A stretch of DNA of 64,000 nt from an uncultured delta proteobacterium (GTDB taxonomy: Bacteria > Desulfobacterota > Binatia > Binatales > Binataceae), in the NCBI GenBank assembly GCA_963842085.1, contig CAWJET010000001.1, forward strand, positions 1,225,565 through 1,289,564, given 5' to 3'. The notes below the pieces were generated by a model. The model had not been told where the DNA came from. It made no database searches and saw nothing but the letters and a program-made list of their open reading frames with translations. Of the stretch, positions 57,640 to 64,000 are shown in pieces; the first letter of the stretch is position 1; each line of letters starts with the position of its first letter. Position numbers and translations under genes: made by a program.

Positions 57640-59688
57640 CTAAGCCAAATGAATCGTGGTGATCAGCAGGTCAATCGCCTTGATGCCAATGAAAGGCGCG
57701 ATGATGCCGCCAAGCCCATAGATGAGCAGATTGCGAGCGAGTATTCCGGCCGCTCCGACTGGACGATACTGCACGCCGCGTAGAGCGAGCGGGATCAAGG
57801 CGATGATGATCAAGGCGTTGAAGATGACCGCTGACAGAATCGCGCTCTCGGGCGTCGCGAGATGCATGATGTTGAGCGCCTGCAGCTCAGGATAAGCCAG
57901 CAGGAACATCGCGGGAATAATCGCGAAGTACTTCGCGACGTCATTTGCCACTGAAAAGGTAGTCAGCGCGCCGCGCGTAATCAGCAACTGCTTTCCAATC
58001 TCGACCACTTCCATGATCTTGGTCGGGTTGGAATCAAGATCGACCATGTTTCCGGCTTCGCGCGCTGCCTGAGTGCCAGCGTTCATTGCGATTCCCACGT
58101 CCGCCTGCGCCAAGGCCGGCGCGTCGTTGGTGCCATCGCCGATCATCGCCACCAGCTTGCCTTGGGCCTGCTCGTCGCGAATCAGGCGCAGTTTAGTCTC
58201 AGGAGTGGCCTCAGCTCGAAAATCATCGACGCCAGCTTCAAAAGCAATGGCGGATGCGGTCAGGGGATTGTCGCCGGTTATCATCACGGTGCGTAGTCCC
58301 ATGGCCCGCAGTCTCGCGAAGCGTTCCTTGATACCTTCCTTTATGACGTCCTTGAGGTGGATAACTCCGAGAATGTGATTGTTCTCCGCGACCACGAGCG
58401 GGGTGCCACCGCTCTTTGAGATTCGTTCCACTATCCCGTCGAGTTCCTGTGGAATGCTGCCACCCGCATCGCGAGCAAACTTAATCACGCGATCCGAAGC
58501 ACCTTTACGGATTTTGCGTCCTGGCATGTCGACGCCGCTCATCCGCGTCTGCGCCGAAAATGCAATGAACTCGGTATCCTTTTCCTCCAGTTCGCGTCCG
58601 CGGATGTTGAATTCCCGCTTGGCGAGAACCACGATCGATCGTCCTTCGGGGGTTTCATCCGCGAGCGACGCAAGCTGGGCAGCATCGGCCAACTGTTCGA
58701 CCCGCACGTCGAGTACGGGGATGAACTCAACCGCCATTCGGTTGCCGAGCGTGATGGTCCCGGTCTTGTCGAGTAGAAGCGTATCGACGTCCCCTGCTGC
58801 TTCCACCGCGCGTCCGGACATTGCCAGCACGTTGTGCTGCACCAAGCGGTCCATTCCGGCGATACCTATCGCGGATAATAGTCCCCCGATTGTCGTCGGG
58901 ATAAGGCAGACCAGCAGGGCAACCAGCACGGGTAACGTTAACGATGCGTTGCCGTAAAGACCGAATGGGTAGAGGCTCACGCAGACCAGCATGAACACGA
59001 GGGTCAGACCCGACAGTAATATGCTCAGGGCGATCTCATTCGGCGTTTTCTGGCGTGCCGCGCCTTCAACCAGGGCAATCATTCGATCAAGGAAGGTCTC
59101 GCCTGGATTGGCGGTGATCCGCACCTTGATCCAGTCGGAAATAACAGTAGTGCCGCCAGTTACGGCGCTGCGATCGCCGCCGCTCTCGCGAATCACTGGC
59201 GCCGACTCGCCGGTAATAGCAGCCTCGTTGACCGCCGCCATCCCTTCGATCACCTCGCCATCACCAGGGATCGATTCACCAGCGCGTACTATGACTACAT
59301 CGCCACGGCGTAGTGAAGTCGCCTGTACAGTTTCCTCCTTGCCATCGCGCAGCACCGCAGCGTGCATTTCGATCCGAGTCTTACGCAGGTTGTCGGCTTG
59401 CGCCTTCCCGCGTCCTTCAGCCATTGCCTCGGCGAAGTTGGCAAAGAGGACCGTGAACCACAGCCATATCGCAATCTGTAGCTCGAATCCGATAAGTCCG
59501 GCCTTACCTGTAAACAAATCGCGGAAGATGATTATCGTCACCGCCACTGCGGTAACTTCCACCACAAACATCACCGGGTTACGGGCCTGGATGCGCGGAT
59601 CGAGCTTGCCGAGCGATTCGAACGCAGCGCGTTTCACAATCTCCGGCTGCCACAGGGGCGTTACCTTACGTTCAGTCGTATTAGCCAC
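57640..59688 (-). CDS. kdpB: K+-transporting P-type ATPase subunit B
   Basis: 682 aa. DKTGTIT phosphorylation motif. [18 protein letters not shown]. Confidence 0.95.
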   Translation of the reverse strand: MANTTERKVTPLWQPEIVKRAAFESLGKLDPRIQARNPVMFVVEVTAVAVTIIIFRDLFTGKAGLIGFELQIAIWLWFTVLFANFAEAMAEGRGKAQADNLRKTRIEMHAAVLRDGKEETVQATSLRRGDVVIVRAGESIPGDGEVIEGMAAVNEAAITGESAPVIRESGGDRSAVTGGTTVISDWIKVRITANPGETFLDRMIALVEGAARQKTPNEIALSILLSGLTLVFMLVCVSLYPFGLYGNASLTLPVLVALLVCLIPTTIGGLLSAIGIAGMDRLVQHNVLAMSGRAVEAAGDVDTLLLDKTGTITLGNRMAVEFIPVLDVRVEQLADAAQLASLADETPEGRSIVVLAKREFNIRGRELEEKDTEFIAFSAQTRMSGVDMPGRKIRKGASDRVIKFARDAGGSIPQELDGIVERISKSGGTPLVVAENNHILGVIHLKDVIKEGIKERFARLRAMGLRTVMITGDNPLTASAIAFEAGVDDFRAEATPETKLRLIRDEQAQGKLVAMIGDGTNDAPALAQADVGIAMNAGTQAAREAGNMVDLDSNPTKIMEVVEIGKQLLITRGALTTFSVANDVAKYFAIIPAMFLLAYPELQALNIMHLATPESAILSAVIFNALIIIALIPLALRGVQYRPVGAAGILARNLLIYGLGGIIAPFIGIKAIDLLITTIHLA

Positions 59689-59703
59689 TTTCGTTCAGCC
59701 TCG

Positions 59704-61431
59704 TTAGTAAAGTTTTCCGCTCATCATCGCCAGATGTTCAACAATCGGACCCAGCGACCAACTGGCGAAAAAGGTTAGAGCGCCGACGATGAGCACTACC
59801 GCGGCGAGGAGGATTACAAACAGACCACCGTTAGTCGGGAAGGTGCCTGCGCTCACCGGTACGGCCTTCTTCTCGACCACAGAACCAGCGATCGCCAGCA
59901 CCGGGATCATGGTGCCGAAGCGCCCAAACAACATCACCGTTCCTAGGATGACGTTGTAAAACATGGTGTTAGCGTTCAACCCAGCAAACGCCGAACCGTT
60001 GTTAGCAGCGGCTGACGAGAACGCGTAAAGAATCTCGCTAAAGCCGTGCGGTCCCGCATTAGCTATTGAAGAAAGCGCACCCTTATTAACTACAGCAGCT
60101 GCCGTTGGAAGCAGTATCACTGCCGCGAAGATCAGGATGTACAGCATCGCCAATTTCATCTCGCGTGCCTGTATCTTCTTGCCCAGGTACTCCGGCGTGC
60201 GCCCTACCATCAGCCCCGCGATGAACACCGTCAGGATCGCCATTACGATCATTCCCGCGAGTCCGGTACCTACACCGCCGAACACCACTTCGCCGAGGTG
60301 CAGATTGAAGATCGGAACCAGGCCGCCTATTGGAGTGAAGCTGTCGTGCATCGAATTGACGGACCCATTGGACGCGTCGGTAGTAGCAGTGGCCCACATC
60401 GCGGAGTTGACGATCCCGAAGCGCACCTCCTTGCCTTCCATGTTGCCGCCGCTCTGCTGAGCAGATGCGGTTTGGTTGATTCCGATGGAAGCGAACTGCG
60501 GGTTGCCGCGCTGTTCAGCCCGCGTGCATACAACTACGGCGCCCAGAAAGAGCAGACCCATCGTTGCGTAGAGTGCCCATCCTTGGCGTTTGTCCCCGAC
60601 CATCTTGCCAAACGTATGGGGCAACGCGGCGCCAAGGATAAAGATCGCAAACAGCTCAAGAAAATTAGTAAGCGGTGTTGGATTCTCGAACGGATGAGCT
60701 GAGTTGGCGTTGAAGAAGCCGCCGCCATTGGTGCCCAGCTGCTTGATCGCAATCTGCGATGCTACCGGACCTTGGGCGATACTCTGTGCGGCTCCTTCGA
60801 CTGTCTTTACGCTAGTGTAGGCGCTGAAGTTATCGGGCACGCCCTGCCATATCAGAACCAGAGTGAAAACTATGCAGATCGGAATCAGGATCCACAGCGT
60901 CGCGCGGACCAGGTCGTACCAGAAGTTTCCAATGGTACGGATGCCGTGTCGAGCAAAACCCCGGATGACGGCGATCGCGATCGCCAAACCCGCTGCCGCC
61001 GATACGAAGTTGTGGAACGCGAGGCCCGCCATCTGAGTCAGATAACTCATGGTGGATTCGCCTGAGTAAGCCTGCCAGTTGGTATTGGTCGTGAAGCTTG
61101 CCGCGGTATTGAATGCGAGCCCGGGTTCGACCCCGGCAAATCCCTGCGGATTCAGCGGCAGGAAATACTGCAAGCGTTCCAGCGCGTATAAGACTATCAT
61201 CCCGACGAAACTGAACAGCAGCACCGAGATCGTATATTCGACCCAGGTCTGCTCCGTTGCCGGCTTGACCCCGCACAGCCGATAAATCAGACGCTCGACT
61301 GGCGTAAGGACCGGATCCAGAAACGTGCGCTCGCCTGCAAAAACGCGCGCCATGTAAAGCCCGAGCGGCACGCTAATGATGGTGAGAACCACCGAGTAGA
61401 AACCGATTTGAATTAAAGCGTTACTAAACAC
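59704..61431 (-). CDS. kdpA: K+-transporting ATPase subunit A
   Basis: 575 aa polytopic KdpA with selectivity-filter-like ..NGGGF.. segments. Confidence 0.95.
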   Translation of the reverse strand: MFSNALIQIGFYSVVLTIISVPLGLYMARVFAGERTFLDPVLTPVERLIYRLCGVKPATEQTWVEYTISVLLFSFVGMIVLYALERLQYFLPLNPQGFAGVEPGLAFNTAASFTTNTNWQAYSGESTMSYLTQMAGLAFHNFVSAAAGLAIAIAVIRGFARHGIRTIGNFWYDLVRATLWILIPICIVFTLVLIWQGVPDNFSAYTSVKTVEGAAQSIAQGPVASQIAIKQLGTNGGGFFNANSAHPFENPTPLTNFLELFAIFILGAALPHTFGKMVGDKRQGWALYATMGLLFLGAVVVCTRAEQRGNPQFASIGINQTASAQQSGGNMEGKEVRFGIVNSAMWATATTDASNGSVNSMHDSFTPIGGLVPIFNLHLGEVVFGGVGTGLAGMIVMAILTVFIAGLMVGRTPEYLGKKIQAREMKLAMLYILIFAAVILLPTAAAVVNKGALSSIANAGPHGFSEILYAFSSAAANNGSAFAGLNANTMFYNVILGTVMLFGRFGTMIPVLAIAGSVVEKKAVPVSAGTFPTNGGLFVILLAAVVLIVGALTFFASWSLGPIVEHLAMMSGKLY

Positions 61432-61447
61432 TTTTGTCTTCTCGCCT

Positions 61448-61540
61448 TTAGAATTTTTCCGGCCGCAACAACGCGTAGACCAAGTACACAGTCAGGCCGA
61501 CAGCCATTATCGAACCCATTGCTATTTCCCAAGGCGTCAT
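61448..61540 (-). CDS. kdpF: K+-transporting ATPase subunit F
   Basis: 30 aa: MTPWEIAMGSIMAVGLTVYLVYALLRPEKF (YLVYALL.PE.F KdpF signature), directly upstream of kdpA. Confidence 0.7.
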   Translation of the reverse strand: MTPWEIAMGSIMAVGLTVYLVYALLRPEKF

Positions 61541-61620
61541 AGTTTTTCGCACCCCCATACGTATGCGACCGCAACTAGAAAGAACGCCACCGTTCCGATG
61601 AGGAAAATTGTATCGAGCAT
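61537..61620 (-). CDS. Small hydrophobic ORF overlapping the kdpF start (ATGA)
   Basis: MLDTIFLIGTVAFFLVAVAYVWGCEKL. No clear RBS. Lies between the predicted sigma-54 promoter and kdpF. Confidence 0.2.
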   Translation of the reverse strand: MLDTIFLIGTVAFFLVAVAYVWGCEKL

Positions 61621-61644
61621 AGTTAGTCTCGAGAGGAAGGCAGC

Positions 61645-61660
61645 AGCATAAAGCGTGCCT
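61645..61660 (-). promoter_or_regulatory. Candidate sigma-54 promoter of the kdp operon
   Basis: Minus-strand AGGCACGCTTTATGCT fits TGGCACG-N4-TTGCW with correct GG-N10-GC spacing, ~25 bp upstream of the small ORF. Confidence 0.45.
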
Positions 61661-61811
61661 CCGGATCTTCCATGCGAATGTGGATTTTTTCGTCAGTCGC
61701 CAACGGGCAGGGATTTCAAAATGATATGTGACACTGCGAATCGAAACAGGGAGCCAGCGTCGAAGAGCCGCATTAGCAGTTTCCGGGATGGAGCGATCGG
61801 ATACAAAAAGC

Positions 61812-61842
61812 TTGCGGGATCCGCATAGTCGCGACCCCGCAA
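61812..61842. promoter_or_regulatory. Inverted repeat TTGCGGG-N17-CCCGCAA (with inner TGCGG-GAT-CCGCA), candidate enhancer/UAS for the NtrC-family regulator
   Basis: Located ~170 bp upstream of the -24/-12 element. Confidence 0.25.
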
Positions 61843-61875
61843 ACTTTTACTTAAAGAGAGAGAAAACCGGACTGC

Positions 61876-62889
61876 CTATTGTGGCGTCTCGTAGCGGCTT
61901 GCCAATTGCAAATTGACCAGAAGAACATTGACGAACTTTTCCCCAAACAGACCGCCAAGGGGAGCCGAAGCGTTTGCCTCCAGGATTTGCTCGATTTGAT
62001 CGTGCACCTGCTTCGGGTCCAGTTTCTTATCAGCCGCCCACTTCTGAGCGACGCGATCCAACTGATATTCCGCGTTATCCAGCGTGATATCCGGATCAAG
62101 GCCCGACGCCGATGCCATAACCATGTCAGCGGGGACATCCTGGAGCGGCGCATCTGGATGGTCCTGTCTCCACATATCGAAGAAGATCGATTGGACGTCC
62201 GATCCGCTGGCGACCAGTTCGATGTCGGTTTGCGATTTGCCATTAGGCAGCTGCTTGGTCACTGACGATGGGAACTTGCCCGGATTGTCCTTGGAGAAAT
62301 TCTCGAAGAACAGGACGGCAAGGTCCGACGCCTGCGGCTGAGGCGTGCCCGGATTCTGCTTGATCCAGTCGTCCACCGCGCTCTTGTGACTCTTGGACCA
62401 GTCAGTTACGTACTGAGCGTGAGCAGGATCAGCGCTTACCCATCCTTGCGCGAGCCCATTGTGGTTGTCGGCCCATTGTGCAACGAGGTGGGGCTGCCCC
62501 TGGTATTGATCTTTCTGAAACCACGCCTCGATGTCGGGAGCAACCAACTGGCCAGCTTCGGGGCCGCTCTTGTATTTGACGATGGGCCCCAGCATCCGCG
62601 CGACCCTATCTCGCAGCGCATAGTTGGACGCCGCGAGTGCCGACGAGGTACTGGCGGAGGCATCATAAGACGCGGCTGAAGGCCGTGGCCAGAAGTACTC
62701 GTCCTTGGTGAACGGCTGTGCGATCTGCAGCGAGCCGACTGGCTTGCCGTCCGGTCCCGTGACCATGCTGCTGTTGGCGGTGAATGGAAAGAAGGTCTGG
62801 CCGATAGCCCACACTGCGAGCGGATAGGCTATAGCGCAAATTACGACCGTCGCAGCTAGAAGCATCAGGCTTTTGATTATGTTTCGCAT
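61876..62889 (-). CDS. kdpC: KdpC paralog with ~140-aa internal insertion
   Basis: N-terminus (..AYPLAVWAIGQTFFPFTANSSMVTGPDGKPVGSLQIAQPF..RPSAAS..) and C-terminus (..VPADMVMASASGLDPDITLDNAEYQLDRVA..GEKFVNVLLVNLQL) are KdpC. The middle W/D/Q-rich segment is absent from canonical KdpC. Confidence 0.8.
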   Translation of the reverse strand: MRNIIKSLMLLAATVVICAIAYPLAVWAIGQTFFPFTANSSMVTGPDGKPVGSLQIAQPFTKDEYFWPRPSAASYDASASTSSALAASNYALRDRVARMLGPIVKYKSGPEAGQLVAPDIEAWFQKDQYQGQPHLVAQWADNHNGLAQGWVSADPAHAQYVTDWSKSHKSAVDDWIKQNPGTPQPQASDLAVLFFENFSKDNPGKFPSSVTKQLPNGKSQTDIELVASGSDVQSIFFDMWRQDHPDAPLQDVPADMVMASASGLDPDITLDNAEYQLDRVAQKWAADKKLDPKQVHDQIEQILEANASAPLGGLFGEKFVNVLLVNLQLASRYETPQ

Positions 62890-62919
62890 CGTTTTTCCTG
62901 TCTTCGAAGAAGACGGTCT

Positions 62920-63046
62920 CTAGCAGGTTGCGGAAAAAGGGTTTTTGACTCCTGATGACATTGATCCAAGACGCATTCTCGTGATCGTAGTAATGCTTAC
63001 TCTTCGCCGAAATCGTCTTTCATTGAGTTTTTCCGCAACCTGCTAG
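62920..63046. mobile_element. 127-bp MITE, copy 2 (identical to 54472..54598)
   Basis: Lies between the kdpB' stop and the kdpC' start. Its terminal CTAG overlaps the kdpB' stop codon. Confidence 0.75.
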
Positions 63047-64000
63047 GCCACCACGTGCAAGGTGGTGAGCATTACGTCGATGAGCTTTATGCCGATGAAC
63101 GGTAGAATGACGCCGCCGACTCCCCAGACCATCAGATTTTTGCGCAACAAAGCATCGGCGCCGAGTGGCTGATACTTGACACCTTTCAGCGCCACTGGGA
63201 TCAGGATTGGAATGATGACGGCGTTGAAGATGACCGCCGACAAGATCGCGGACGTGGTCGAATGAAGATTCATGATATCCATGGCCTTCAGCCACGGCAG
63301 TGTTCCGGCAAATAGCGCCGGAATGATCGCGAAGTACTTGGCGACGTCGTTGGCGACCGAAAATGTCGTGAGCGCGCCGCGGGTCATCAGGAGCTGCTTG
63401 CCGATCTCGACGACCTCGATCAGCTTGGTGGGATCGGAATCGAGGTCCACCATGTTGCCGGCTTCCTTAGCAGCCTGCGTTCCGGAGTTCATCGCCAGCC
63501 CAACGTCGGCCTGGGCCAGCGCCGGAGCGTCGTTGGTGCCATCACCGACCATCGCCACGAGTTTGCCTTCGCCCTGCTCCTTGCGGATGTAAGCCAGCTT
63601 CGATTCGGGAGTGCATTGCGCGACGAAATCATCGACGCCGGCGTGCTTCGCAATCGTCGCAGCAGTGAGCGGATTATCGCCGGTGATCATCACGCTGCGT
63701 ACGCCCATCGCGCGCAGACGTTGCAGACGCTCGCTGATGCCGGTCTTGAGAACGTCGGACAGCACAATGACCCCAACAATGTTTGCGCCCTCGGCAACCA
63801 CGAGCGGCGTCGCTCCCTGCGAGCCTATAGCATCGACGACGGAATCAAGATCCGACGGAATCGAACCTGACTGGTGCTCGACAAATTTGGCCACCGCGTC
63901 CGGCGCTCCTTTGCGGATCGGTTTGCCGTCGGGAAGATCGACACCACTCATGCGTGTCTGCGCGGAAAAAGCGACAAAGCTCGTGCCATTGGGCGCCGTG
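63043..64000 (-). CDS. kdpB: K+-transporting ATPase subunit B paralog, C-terminal part (gene continues beyond window)
   Basis: ~75% identical to the C-terminus of kdpB at 57640..59688 (..[14 protein letters not shown].. [18 protein letters not shown]..). Confidence 0.9.
   Translation of the reverse strand, partial: TAPNGTSFVAFSAQTRMSGVDLPDGKPIRKGAPDAVAKFVEHQSGSIPSDLDSVVDAIGSQGATPLVVAEGANIVGVIVLSDVLKTGISERLQRLRAMGVRSVMITGDNPLTAATIAKHAGVDDFVAQCTPESKLAYIRKEQGEGKLVAMVGDGTNDAPALAQADVGLAMNSGTQAAKEAGNMVDLDSDPTKLIEVVEIGKQLLMTRGALTTFSVANDVAKYFAIIPALFAGTLPWLKAMDIMNLHSTTSAILSAVIFNAVIIPILIPVALKGVKYQPLGADALLRKNLMVWGVGGVILPFIGIKLIDVMLTTLHVVA

Noticed and set aside
61645-61660. Sigma-70 -35/-10 promoter for kdp instead of sigma-54
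   Set aside because: No convincing TTGACA/TATAAT pair in the leader. The GG-N10-GC element, an enhancer-like palindrome and the downstream NtrC-family regulator together favour sigma-54, but this remains unproven.

Overview
High-GC (~62%) bacterial chromosome segment, probably from a Gram-negative soil-type organism. This is suggested by the heavy use of sigma-54/NtrC-type regulators, the many predicted outer-membrane proteins and lipoproteins, and the IS3/IS110/IS5 load. Acidobacteriota-like is only a guess. The window falls into four parts. (1) 0-22.5 kb is a block of predicted envelope, secreted and lipoprotein genes: FadL-like and paralogous beta-barrel outer-membrane proteins, lipoproteins, an OmpA-like protein, a Gly-rich protein, a Cys-rich protein and a large arylsulfatase. 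It also carries a FixJ/NarL-type two-component system. Most of these genes sit behind a recurring palindromic element TTGGAC-N4-GTCCAA. An IS3-family element in this block has been split by insertion of an IS110-family element. (2) 22.5-39.2 kb is a mosaic of integrative elements. The first is an integrative mobilizable element: an XRE (ImmR-like) regulator with an ImmA/IrrE metalloprotease, a TrbC-like protein, a DUF2274-like protein, a ribbon-helix-helix protein, a VirD4/TraG coupling protein, a MobF/TrwC relaxase, an excisionase and a tyrosine integrase. It ends at a 42-bp 3' fragment of initiator tRNA-fMet. Next come two large serine recombinases, a DUF2924 protein, an XRE regulator and a tRNA-Ser 3' fragment. 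Last is an intact IS5-family element with 19-bp inverted repeats. Two 127-bp MITE copies with near-identical inverted repeats occur at 54.5 kb and 62.9 kb. (3) 39.7-50 kb is nitrogen-related: a NarX/NarL-type two-component system, amt-glnK behind a candidate sigma-54 promoter, a TPR protein, a DUF1646-like membrane protein fused by start/stop overlap to a bEBP-like AAA+ regulator with a degenerate GAFTGA loop, a universal stress protein and an APC permease with a C-terminal domain. (4) 50-64 kb contains insertion-sequence and phage remnants, followed by a kdpFABC operon. That operon is followed by a PAS histidine kinase and an NtrC-family response regulator in place of KdpD/KdpE, and is preceded by a candidate sigma-54 promoter and enhancer-like palindrome. 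A second, diverged kdpB'-kdpC' pair lies immediately upstream with a MITE between the two genes, and KdpC' carries a ~140-aa insertion. A ~780-bp ORF-free, hairpin-rich region at 22.5-23.3 kb may encode a structured RNA that could not be identified.
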